Source: a virus
Virus genome (UHGV): UHGV-1269212
Reading direction: 5' to 3' (one strand)
Length of the DNA: 39,691 nucleotides
The position numbers were made by a program, and so were the translations under genes. The stretch's first letter is position 1; every line of letters begins with the position of its first letter. The notes under the pieces are model-generated. The model was not told the origin of the DNA, did no database searches, and worked only from the letters and a program-made list of their open reading frames with translations. This document shows positions 26,376-34,344 of the stretch, in pieces.

Positions 26376-26786
26376 ATGGTAATTACAATTCCGGGAAAAC
26401 CCGTTGGAAAAGCAAGACCAAAATTCCGCAGAGCCGGATTTAAGGTCATTACATACACACCACCCGCAACCAAGAAATATGAAAAGGAAGTTGCGAGGAT
26501 TTATAAACAAAGCGCATGCGTTCTTTATACAGAGATACCTCTGAGAGTTCGAATTTTAGCGAAATTTCCGATTCCAGAGAGCTGGTCTAAGAAGAATAAG
26601 GAGAAAGCATTAAAAGGCGAAATAAAGCCGAATAAGAAGCCGGACTTAGACAACATTGCAAAAATCATTTTGGATGGACTGAACGGAGTCGCATACACCG
26701 ATGATAAGCAGGTGACCAGTCTGGAGATTGAAAAAGTGTACTCGGACACACCTTGCGTGGTGGTCTATATTGCGGAGGATGAGTGA
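26376..26786 (+). CDS. rusA: RusA-family Holliday-junction resolvase
   Basis: GKPVGKARPKF...KPDLDNIAKIILDGLNGVAYTDDKQV matches the RusA signature. Confidence 0.8.
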   Translation: MVITIPGKPVGKARPKFRRAGFKVITYTPPATKKYEKEVARIYKQSACVLYTEIPLRVRILAKFPIPESWSKKNKEKALKGEIKPNKKPDLDNIAKIILDGLNGVAYTDDKQVTSLEIEKVYSDTPCVVVYIAEDE

Positions 26787-27592
26787 TGGCAGATAACAAG
26801 AAATACTACTATCTAAAACTGAAGGAGAACTTTTTCGATTCAGACAGCATGGTTTTATTGGAAAGCATGCAAGATGGCATTCTTTACAGCAACATTTTGA
26901 TGAAAATGTATCTTAAGAGCCTTAAAAACAACGGGAAACTGGTTTTGAACGATGCAATCCCGTATAACACGCAAATGATAGCGACTGTAACACGCCATCA
27001 GGTTGGAACTGTGGAAAAAGCAATTGAGGTGTTCGAACAACTCGGACTAATAGACATATTAGATGGAGGAACTATTTACATGTCTGATATCGAACTATTT
27101 GTCGGGAAATCTTCTACTGAAGGAGACCGGAAAAGAGCAGAGAGGATGAAGTTGAAACATGTTGAAAATTTAGCACTTGGACAAATGTCCGACATTCATC
27201 CACCAGAGATAGAGATAGATATAGATATAGAGAAAGAGATAAGAGATATAGATAATATATATGATTGCGCAGAAGCGCAAAAAGCACACAAGAAACAGGT
27301 AAAGAAAGAAAAACCTACAAAGCATAAATACGGAGAGTATAACAACGTACTTTTGACAGACGATGAGCTCGACAAGCTAAAGGATAAATTTCCAGACTGG
27401 GAGGATAGGATTGAACGATTATCCGGCTACGTTGAGTCTAAAGGGGCGAAGTATAAGAGCCATTATGCAACAATCATAAACTGGGCGAGAAGAGAAGGCG
27501 GTACTGGCAGAACTGCGATAAAGAGCAGCATACCAAAGAATACAGGGTATGCACCAGAACAGGATATGAATGATCTGGATGATCTATTTTAG
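26783..27592 (+). CDS. Phage replisome organizer (DnaD-like N-terminal domain)
   Basis: YYYLKLKENFFDSDSMVLLESMQDG...MKMYLKSLKNNGKLVLND matches the replisome-organizer N-terminal family; internal hexamer repeats at 27205-27262. Confidence 0.75.
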   Translation: MMADNKKYYYLKLKENFFDSDSMVLLESMQDGILYSNILMKMYLKSLKNNGKLVLNDAIPYNTQMIATVTRHQVGTVEKAIEVFEQLGLIDILDGGTIYMSDIELFVGKSSTEGDRKRAERMKLKHVENLALGQMSDIHPPEIEIDIDIEKEIRDIDNIYDCAEAQKAHKKQVKKEKPTKHKYGEYNNVLLTDDELDKLKDKFPDWEDRIERLSGYVESKGAKYKSHYATIINWARREGGTGRTAIKSSIPKNTGYAPEQDMNDLDDLF

Positions 27593-27604
27593 AGGTGAAG
27601 TAAC

Positions 27605-28435
27605 ATGAGCATAGAAACAGCAATGGATAAAATGGCAGACGGGATCAGTGCAAGAGTCCCTGTATCCGAAAATGAATATATGGGGGAAGACGGTCTTCTG
27701 CACTGTGGGATTTGCAAGAAGAATGTGCAGACGAAAATAAAGTTCCTCGGCAAAGAAAAAACGGTGCGTTGTATATGCGATTGTAAGCGGAAAGAGTTGG
27801 AAGCGTTTGAGGAAAAAGAACGACAGCAAGAGAAAGAACGAAAGAGAAAAAGCTGCTTTGCGGAAACGAATATGGCAGCATGGACTTTCGAAAACGATGA
27901 CAGGAAGAATGCGAAGATCTCTGACGCAATGATCCGGTATGCAGAACGATTTCCAGACTTCAGGAAAATGGGTAAGGGACTCCTGCTTTACGGAAGTGTT
28001 GGGACAGGCAAAACGTATTATGCAGCTTGTATTGCAAATAAGCTGATCGATGATGGATACAGTGTAGTGATGACAAATTTTGCACGTCTTACGAATACCA
28101 TACAGGGTAAATTTGATGGAAAGCAAGAGTTTATTGACAGCCTAAACAGGTACAGCCTGCTGATTATTGATGATCTTGGAGCGGAGAGAAAATCAGAATT
28201 TATGCAAGAAATGGTATTTAACATTATTGACAGCAGATACAGGTCTGGTTTGCCTTTTATTATCACAACAAATCTGACAGCAGAAGAGATTAAAAAGAAT
28301 CAGGATATCGGATATTCGAGGATTTATGACCGAATTCTGGAAAGATGCTTCCCAGTAGCTGTAACGGGAGACAGCAGAAGAAGACGGAAAGTGAAAGACA
28401 CGTTCTTGGATGTAAAAGAAAAGCTAGGATTGTAG
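27605..28435 (+). CDS. DnaC/IstB-like AAA+ helicase loader
   Basis: Walker A GSVGTGKT; Walker B LLIIDDLG; N-terminal Cys cluster. Confidence 0.8.
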   Translation: MSIETAMDKMADGISARVPVSENEYMGEDGLLHCGICKKNVQTKIKFLGKEKTVRCICDCKRKELEAFEEKERQQEKERKRKSCFAETNMAAWTFENDDRKNAKISDAMIRYAERFPDFRKMGKGLLLYGSVGTGKTYYAACIANKLIDDGYSVVMTNFARLTNTIQGKFDGKQEFIDSLNRYSLLIIDDLGAERKSEFMQEMVFNIIDSRYRSGLPFIITTNLTAEEIKKNQDIGYSRIYDRILERCFPVAVTGDSRRRRKVKDTFLDVKEKLGL

Positions 28436-28715
28436 GTGATGAAATGGGAATGCCAACAGGGAAAATAAGAAAAAAAGTGCAAAACTTGCGTATACAGAAT
28501 GAGCAAGCATGAACAGGGATTTATGCACGGGAATTGTAATTATATTTGCATAACAGGCAAAATTCGCGGATGTGATGTGGAAAATTGCGATAAATACATA
28601 AACGGAAAAAGAAAAGAGGAAAAAGATTGGTGCGTAGAAAATCAAAACATGGAAACATGAATAAATTTATGTACAGCAGCACAAAGCGGAAGAGAAGGAA
28701 TAGGGTGAGAGGGAA

Positions 28716-29033
28716 ATGAATAAAAGAAAGTTGTACAAGCCATATACAAAAGATATTGAAAAAATGATCGAAAACGGCTTTAATATCCAGAACATCTATG
28801 CAGCAATAAGCGAAGAGAGCGGAATCGATGCAAGTATTGAAACGTTCAAAAACTTCCTGAAAGACAATGATATGCTGCCTGAGTCAAAGAAACAGGAAAC
28901 TTCGGTCAAGGATATCTTCGGCAACATTGCAAATTACATGGAGTTTCACGAGGGCTGGGTGCGGACCAGTTGCCGGCTCAACAGGGCGATGTCGAACCCA
29001 AACCGGATATTAATGCGGAGGTATTTACAGTAG
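28716..29033 (+). CDS. Hypothetical protein
   Basis: GAGGGAA-ATG RBS; 105 aa. Confidence 0.4.
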   Translation: MNKRKLYKPYTKDIEKMIENGFNIQNIYAAISEESGIDASIETFKNFLKDNDMLPESKKQETSVKDIFGNIANYMEFHEGWVRTSCRLNRAMSNPNRILMRRYLQ

Positions 29034-29188
29034 CTATGAAAAAAAAAGAAAGAGAAACCAAAGAAAAATGAAGTACATATCTGCTCTTCCTGCGGACGGG
29101 AAATTATCGGAGATTTTGAGTATGTAAAGACAAAGAGAAGGACGGAATTGTATTTTTGTAAAGATATGAGGTGTAGGAGGAATGACTA

Positions 29189-29578
29189 ATGCCAAAAACA
29201 GAAGAAACATGGATGGACGGGATCACTGCAGAAATGATGGAGCATATATGCGACGACCTGTGCAGGCATCCAGATCATTTAAGTGGTGAAGCACTAGAAG
29301 ATAAATGCGCAGAATGCAAGATGGGACGGTTTGTGTGCGATATTTTGAACCAGTATAACAAGGTGAATGATTTTGCAAACAGCCAGTGCGAGAAGTTGAT
29401 GTGTGAGATGCATGAGCTGAAAGAACGAGATACGGCAAAGAAGCCGAATATAATGGACTACATACTTGGTGACATTAACTTTAAATGCCCTACGTGCAAA
29501 AGTGAATATATTTGTGAAAAAGGATATGAACATTTTTATTGCCCGAATTGCGGTCAGAAAATTAAATGGAGTGAGTAA
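29189..29578 (+). CDS. Cysteine-rich (multi zinc-ribbon) protein
   Basis: GTAGGAGG RBS; CDDLCRH..CAECK..CPTCK..CPNCG motifs. Confidence 0.45.
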   Translation: MPKTEETWMDGITAEMMEHICDDLCRHPDHLSGEALEDKCAECKMGRFVCDILNQYNKVNDFANSQCEKLMCEMHELKERDTAKKPNIMDYILGDINFKCPTCKSEYICEKGYEHFYCPNCGQKIKWSE

Positions 29579-29579
29579 C

Positions 29580-29801
29580 ATGGAAGAATTAAAGAAATGC
29601 CCGTTTTGTGGTGGAGAAGCAAGAATAAAAATGGAAAGAAAAAATAATGTTGGTTGGACTATTTGGTGTGAATGCAAAAAATGTTATGCAAAAGCAGAAG
29701 GATATTGTCCTAGTATGCAAAATGCAGACAACGCACTAAATAGTATTAATACTTGCAAAATAAATGCAATCGAAGCATGGAATAGGAGATGGAATAAATG
29801 A
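29580..29801 (+). CDS. lar: Lar-family restriction alleviation protein
   Basis: MEELKKCPFCGGEARIK...WCEC...AWNRRWNK is the Lar-family pattern of about 70 aa. Confidence 0.6.
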   Translation: MEELKKCPFCGGEARIKMERKNNVGWTIWCECKKCYAKAEGYCPSMQNADNALNSINTCKINAIEAWNRRWNK

Positions 29802-30121
29802 AATACAAAATAGGTCAAATCCTAACATCAAATTGTGATATAGAAGTAGAGAAGATGTTTGGAGAAAAAGTAATTATTCCAAAAGGGAATAAAATAATTA
29901 TTGGAGCTGACGAATTTGCACATCATTTAAAAGATGGAATGATTCAACCTTTACAGAAAGATACTATTGTCGAAGAATATGATACAGAGGGAATAGCAGA
30001 ATACTTAATGAAAAAACTGTCTGAAGTATTTCCATTAGAAGAAATGCTTGAAGATTATGGTATTGAAAAAGAAGAATTTGAAGAAGAAATTGGTTTTTTC
30101 TTAGATGATATAGGATTTTAG
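29798..30121 (+). CDS. Hypothetical acidic protein
   Basis: ATGA overlap with lar; 107 aa. Confidence 0.4.
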   Translation: MKYKIGQILTSNCDIEVEKMFGEKVIIPKGNKIIIGADEFAHHLKDGMIQPLQKDTIVEEYDTEGIAEYLMKKLSEVFPLEEMLEDYGIEKEEFEEEIGFFLDDIGF

Positions 30122-30133
30122 GAGAGTGGAATA

Positions 30134-30619
30134 ATGGAGAACGTACTAGAGAAGATCTTGGAAGAGATAAAAGAAGCATTTGACGAAAACATAGACGACA
30201 TAGAAGATTCAGCAGGCATTCATCATTTTGCGATAGATAGTTTTACTGCATGGTATATTGCAAGAAAAATCATCCGTTCTCACATGGACGATGTTCCGAA
30301 GTGCGGAGAATGCAGCAGAAAAAAGTTGTATCAGATCGGATATGAAGACGGGAAGAAAGATAAAGACTGGATTTCAGTAGAAGATAGATTGCCAGAAGAT
30401 GATGATATGAGATTCTATATGTGTATTGTCGAAAATCACGAAGAGGATTTGCCGATGTTCTGCCAGTATGATAGTGAATATGGATTTGGATTTTGGCATG
30501 ATATTTACGATTCGACAAGTTTAGGATTCGTTGATACGGTGTTTAAAACAAATGATGAATTGGGGTATGAAAAGGTTGTAGCATGGCAGCCACTACCAGA
30601 ACCTATGAGAAAGGAATAA
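30134..30619 (+). CDS. DUF551-domain protein
   Basis: C-terminal WISVEDRLPEDD...VVAWQPLPEP resembles the DUF551 signature. Confidence 0.45.
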   Translation: MENVLEKILEEIKEAFDENIDDIEDSAGIHHFAIDSFTAWYIARKIIRSHMDDVPKCGECSRKKLYQIGYEDGKKDKDWISVEDRLPEDDDMRFYMCIVENHEEDLPMFCQYDSEYGFGFWHDIYDSTSLGFVDTVFKTNDELGYEKVVAWQPLPEPMRKE

Positions 30620-30621
30620 CG

Positions 30622-30813
30622 ATGGACATTATAATCACAATCGCATTCCTAGCCCTGTATTACATCCTGGGGCTGGGAACCGTGATTACTTTAAAAACAG
30701 GAATCGAAGAGGAAGTAGAACTTGAAGGAGCAGATTACCTTCTGGCTGGAGGATTCCCAATACTGCTATTTGTGGTGTTTTTAGATTGGATTGTGCGAAA
30801 GATAGTGAGGTAG
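30622..30813 (+). CDS. Small two-TM membrane protein
   Basis: In-frame ATG after the upstream stop; 63 aa. Confidence 0.3.
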   Translation: MDIIITIAFLALYYILGLGTVITLKTGIEEEVELEGADYLLAGGFPILLFVVFLDWIVRKIVR

Positions 30814-30818
30814 GAAAT

Positions 30819-31415
30819 ATGAGAAAATTTAACTGGGACGAATTTAAAAATGAAGAAAATAAGATTGCAGTACACTGCAAGACAGAAGAGGAAGCGAAAG
30901 ACTTTTGCGAAAGAATGCATAAGCAAGGAATGAAGTGGTGTTCAGGCGAAAGCTACCTGAAAGAGACAAATTACGAATTCTGCGAAGAAGAAATATGTTA
31001 TATCAAAGGAGAGTTTTCGCCGTATCAGTACTATAAAAGCAATGGGTATGAAATCTTAGAATGGAGCGATTATATGAACAAAGAATTTACCAAGGCGGAT
31101 TTGAGAGATGGGATGGTGGTTGAACAGAGAGATGGGGACATGTATCTTGTATTGGCTGGGATGGTAGTGAGAAAAAGAGGATACAATCGTATAGGCGATT
31201 ATGATGATGACTTGAAATGCGCAGGTTATACAGGAGGAGACATCGTTAAAGTTTATAGAATTACTCCGGGATCACTCGGATGCGTAGAACATGTGTTTAT
31301 TAAATGCAACCTCGAACTCATCTGGGAGCGCAAAGAACCAAAGAAAATGACAGTGGAAGAAATGAAACAGAAGCTGGAAGAGCTGACAGGAGAGGAAATT
31401 GAGGTAACGGAATGA
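30819..31415 (+). CDS. Hypothetical protein
   Basis: GGTAGGAAAT-ATG RBS; 198 aa. Confidence 0.4.
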   Translation: MRKFNWDEFKNEENKIAVHCKTEEEAKDFCERMHKQGMKWCSGESYLKETNYEFCEEEICYIKGEFSPYQYYKSNGYEILEWSDYMNKEFTKADLRDGMVVEQRDGDMYLVLAGMVVRKRGYNRIGDYDDDLKCAGYTGGDIVKVYRITPGSLGCVEHVFIKCNLELIWERKEPKKMTVEEMKQKLEELTGEEIEVTE

Positions 31416-31452
31416 ACAGGGAAACCATGAGACGCAGGAAGGAGAAGAGAAA

Positions 31453-31896
31453 ATGCTAATTGAAGATAAAGTGCAGATAGAAGCAGTGAAAACAAGATCG
31501 TATATGATGGGCGAGATAGACGGAAAAGTGATGATTACGCAAGGTAGATATATTGTATTTGTGAAGAAAGAAGATTTCTTGCTCGACATAGATAAGCAGA
31601 AGAAATTGCCAGAAGATGGGGTGAAACATTTTTCCACAGAAAATATTCAGAGCCAAATGAGGGCGGCCAAGTTGTCAAACAGAATGCTTACAACTGGCAA
31701 AAGCATTCTGAGAGCAATAAGAGACGAGACAACAGGGGAATACGCTTGGTTTGATGATAAATATTTGAAAATGTTTGACGGATGCACGCCAAATCTTATT
31801 AAATACCAAGGAAACTCTGAATACTACGATGCCGTGTTTACACGCTACGGAGAAATAATAGGCATCATACTTCCTGTGAGGGTGAGTGAATGGTGA
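31453..31896 (+). CDS. Hypothetical protein
   Basis: AGGAAGGAGAAGAGAAA-ATG RBS; 147 aa. Confidence 0.4.
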   Translation: MLIEDKVQIEAVKTRSYMMGEIDGKVMITQGRYIVFVKKEDFLLDIDKQKKLPEDGVKHFSTENIQSQMRAAKLSNRMLTTGKSILRAIRDETTGEYAWFDDKYLKMFDGCTPNLIKYQGNSEYYDAVFTRYGEIIGIILPVRVSEW

Positions 31897-31932
31897 TAAT
31901 AAGCTAGATGCAGAAAGGAGACAGCGGACATC

Positions 31933-32142
31933 ATGAAGAAAATAGAAGCATACACTACGGCAACGAGAAAGCCCTGTGAGACCGCTTTAAAGCAACAGGA
32001 GCATAAAGCCTTTGCCTGTGATTTTAAAAGCCGTGAGAGGACGAATAAGGACGCTGTGGAGTACATAGCAGAGAAATACAACATAAAAGATCCTGTTCCG
32101 GGAGGTGATAGAGTTGGACAAGAAAACACTGAAAAAGTTTAG
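31933..32142 (+). CDS. Hypothetical small protein
   Basis: AAAGGAGACAGCGGACATC-ATG RBS; 69 aa. Confidence 0.35.
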   Translation: MKKIEAYTTATRKPCETALKQQEHKAFACDFKSRERTNKDAVEYIAEKYNIKDPVPGGDRVGQENTEKV

Positions 32143-32527
32143 ACCGAACAAAGATAGACTTATCCGGATTGAGAACCAGATACAAGAACTCAGTGAACGG
32201 GAATCGACTGTTGTCATGGGGAAGGTAACGGGATCTAGCGCAGATTTTCCGTACACCGAAGTGAGAACGTCTGTACAAATGTATGACCCTTACGAAGAAG
32301 AGAATGTAAGACGGCAGATCAGAAGAAAAGAAGCGGATAGGCTACTGATTCTGAAGGAGCAGAAAGAAGTTGAAGACTACATAAATGGGATTGATGATCC
32401 GGAGATTAAGGAGATATTCGAGTTGCACTATCTTGAGGGGAAAACCCAGCAAAAAGTCGCAGATGAAATTGGATATACCCAGGCGCGAGTATCGCAGATT
32501 ATAAGCGCACAGCTTAAAGATTTATAG
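32114..32527 (+). CDS. Late-gene transcriptional activator (sigma-70 region-4-like; ArpU/RinA-class)
   Basis: TTG start 6 nt after GGAGGTGA; C-terminal HYLEGKTQQKVADEIGYTQARVSQI HTH; sits just upstream of the packaging genes. Confidence 0.5.
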   Translation: MDKKTLKKFRPNKDRLIRIENQIQELSERESTVVMGKVTGSSADFPYTEVRTSVQMYDPYEEENVRRQIRRKEADRLLILKEQKEVEDYINGIDDPEIKEIFELHYLEGKTQQKVADEIGYTQARVSQIISAQLKDL

Positions 32528-32605
32528 CATTTATATTTTACTTATGCTATAATTATTCTAGAACGATTGTATATTGTTCTAAAACAATCTTTCCAAACAT
32601 TCAGA

Positions 32606-32648
32606 ACACCGCCGGACTTTTACCCTTTCTTGTCTGGCGGTGTTTTTA
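32606..32648 (+). terminator. Intrinsic terminator ACACCGCCGGAC-14 nt-GTCTGGCGGTGT + TTTTTA
   Basis: 12-bp stem with one G·U pair, followed by a U-run. Confidence 0.6.
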
Positions 32649-32649
32649 T

Positions 32650-32693
32650 GCCGTGGTCAGTTGGGACAAGCAGGTTCGATCCCTGCACACGGC
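32650..32693 (+). ncRNA. tRNA-like minihelix: acceptor stem (GCCGTG/CACGGC), a short D-like hairpin and a canonical T-arm (GCAGG-TTCGATC-CCTGC), with no anticodon arm
   Basis: Base-pairing read directly; TTCGATC T-loop; 44 nt. Confidence 0.35.
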
Positions 32694-32869
32694 TATTGTG
32701 ACATATTACTGCATACCGGGAGCAGTAAAGAGTCACATGTGATATCACAAAACGCAGATATCCGCAGATCTGCAAAAGACAACAAATAAAAAATAGATTC
32801 GGTAATCTATATTTAGTGTCAGTACCCGAGTGCGGATAGGGTAAAGGATGTCAATAAAAGGCATCCTGA

Positions 32870-32943
32870 TCGGACATAGCTCAGTCGGTTAGAGCGGCAG
32901 CCTTATAAGCTGTGTGTCACGGGTTCGATTCCCGTTGTCCGGA
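32870..32943 (+). tRNA. tRNA with anticodon TAT (Ile; AUA codon)
   Basis: 74-nt cloverleaf: acceptor TCGGACA/TGTCCGG (U1·G72), D-arm GCTC-AGTCGGTTA-GAGC, anticodon loop CTTATAA, 5-nt variable loop, T-arm ACGGG-TTCGATT-CCCGT, discriminator A, no encoded CCA. Confidence 0.6.
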
Positions 32944-33050
32944 TTGTGGGCTACTGCAAGTTCCTCATTGTGTTAGAGAATCCAGTAAAGTTGCCAAGTT
33001 ACGTATTTTTGCAGTAGTCCTATAAATTTTAAAAACCTCTGAGAAAAGTA

Positions 33051-33079
33051 TTGACATATGGTTAACCATATGATATTAT
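33051..33079 (+). promoter_or_regulatory. Consensus sigma-70 promoter TTGACA-17-TG-n-TATTAT with a perfect 18-bp palindrome CATATGGTTAACCATATG (33055-33072) filling the spacer
   Basis: Hexamers and dyad read directly; AAGGAGGTGA RBS and ATG 33105 lie downstream. Confidence 0.6.
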
Positions 33080-33104
33080 ATACTTGTAAGGAGGTGAGAT
33101 ACAG

Positions 33105-33218
33105 ATGAGCAAGAAACGAAAGAAAAAAGAGAGCTTGCCAAGATTGATAATCGAATCGTTAATCGCAACTGGGGCGCTATTAACTGGGATTGCCAATCTT
33201 ATAGAAGCTCTCAAATAG
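33105..33218 (+). CDS. 37-aa peptide MSKKRKKKESLPRLIIESLIATGALLTGIANLIEALK (polybasic N-terminus, hydrophobic/amphipathic C-terminus)
   Basis: Strong RBS 7 nt upstream; GGGGC-GAAA-GCCCC hairpin at 33224-33237 follows the stop. Confidence 0.4.
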   Translation: MSKKRKKKESLPRLIIESLIATGALLTGIANLIEALK

Positions 33219-33272
33219 GGGACGGGGCGAAAGCCCCAATCCTTAATAGAAGTATAGCTCATCTTGGAAGAA

Positions 33273-33437
33273 ATGAAAAGAACTAAATTCGGAGAATTGT
33301 TTTTATTGTTTGCAATCGTTTATTTTGTGGCATCTGATAAAAATATCTATTCATCCATTTTTCTTATTTTAGCATCTGTTTATTTATTGATAGACATAGT
33401 ACCAAGACTGTGGAAGGAGTGGAAGAAATGCCGGTAG
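33273..33437 (+). CDS. Small two-TM membrane protein (54 aa)
   Basis: ATG with a weak GGAAGAA RBS; very hydrophobic; not in the ORF track. Confidence 0.25.
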   Translation: MKRTKFGELFLLFAIVYFVASDKNIYSSIFLILASVYLLIDIVPRLWKEWKKCR

Positions 33438-33631
33438 GTAGTCCAAAACCTCAAACGATTGCATCGGAGAAGTATCAAAAGAAAGCAGGATGGATGACAA
33501 AGGGTTTCAAGATAAAGCGAGAGTTAGCGGATGAATTTGCAGAAGCATGTGAAACTGCAGGAGTCAGTCAAGCTTCAAAGATAAGCGAACTTATGAAAGC
33601 ATTCATAGAAGAAGTAAATAATGGAAAATAG
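33428..33631 (+). CDS. Small DNA-binding protein, ribbon-helix-helix-like
   Basis: GGAAGGAGTGGAAGAA-ATG RBS; KGFKIKRELADEFAEACETAGVSQASKISELMKAF looks like a beta-strand then two helices. Confidence 0.35.
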   Translation: MPVGSPKPQTIASEKYQKKAGWMTKGFKIKRELADEFAEACETAGVSQASKISELMKAFIEEVNNGK

Positions 33632-33986
33632 TAGAGAGCATCTGGCGAAAGCCGGGTGCTTTTCTAGTGAGGAAAAGATGAAATTTTATGAGAGTCGAAA
33701 ATGGAAAAAGAAAAGAGAACACATACTAAGGCGTGACAGCTATCAATGCCAAGAGTCAAAGAGATATGGGAAGTATGCAGAAGCAACGACAGCGCACCAT
33801 ATCTATCCACTGGAAGAGTATCCAGAGCTTGCATTTGTGGACTGGAATCTTATCAGTATGTCCACTGCACAACATGACAGGATGCACGACAGGAAGACAG
33901 GTAAGGTCACAGCTGCTGGATTGTACTGGCAGAGAAAAAGAAGAAGGGAGTTTGAAGCATGGAAAAAATCAAGATGTATGCAGTGA
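33621..33986 (+). CDS. HNH endonuclease (terminase-associated)
   Basis: C..C...HH...N...H pattern (CQESKRYGK..HHIYPLEEYPELAFVDWNLISMSTAQHDRMH); immediately upstream of terS/terL. Confidence 0.7.
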   Translation: MENSREHLAKAGCFSSEEKMKFYESRKWKKKREHILRRDSYQCQESKRYGKYAEATTAHHIYPLEEYPELAFVDWNLISMSTAQHDRMHDRKTGKVTAAGLYWQRKRRREFEAWKKSRCMQ

Positions 33987-34264
33987 AATGGAGAGGTAAA
34001 GCAAGTGATTACGGATACGAAGCAATGCACATAATCGAGGAGATTGTTAAGACATGCATGGAGTGTTGCGGAGGAGATATATACACTAGATACAGAATAA
34101 GTGGTGGACTTAAATTCGAAACAGTGAAAATAGATATAGTTACATTAGGAAAAGAAAAAGCAGTCAGCATGGTCGAATGGTTCAAAGATAAAGTTGGAAT
34201 GGAAATGAAAATGGAAGAGATTGAGGTATCCCCCCCTCCCTTTGAGGTAGCAGCAGGAGCATAG
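33959..34264 (+). CDS. Hypothetical protein between HNH and TerS
   Basis: 101 aa; GGGAG RBS. Confidence 0.35.
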   Translation: MEKIKMYAVKWRGKASDYGYEAMHIIEEIVKTCMECCGGDIYTRYRISGGLKFETVKIDIVTLGKEKAVSMVEWFKDKVGMEMKMEEIEVSPPPFEVAAGA

Positions 34265-34344
34265 GAGAATCGGGAGAGAGGACTCTTTCCAATAGAGCGG
34301 ATTTGTGAAAATAAATTTTCCGGCAGATAAGGAGGTGAGAATAG

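Noticed and set aside
32870-32943. Phage tRNA acting as an amber suppressor to read through the TAG stops of the capsid and major-tail genes into the conserved downstream element
   Set aside because: The anticodon is TAT, not CTA. The downstream conserved block contains further in-frame TAG codons.
33062-33262. Minus-strand 66-aa ORF overlapping the consensus promoter and the 37-aa peptide gene
   Set aside because: No RBS. It lies antisense to a well-supported promoter, RBS and ORF on the plus strand.
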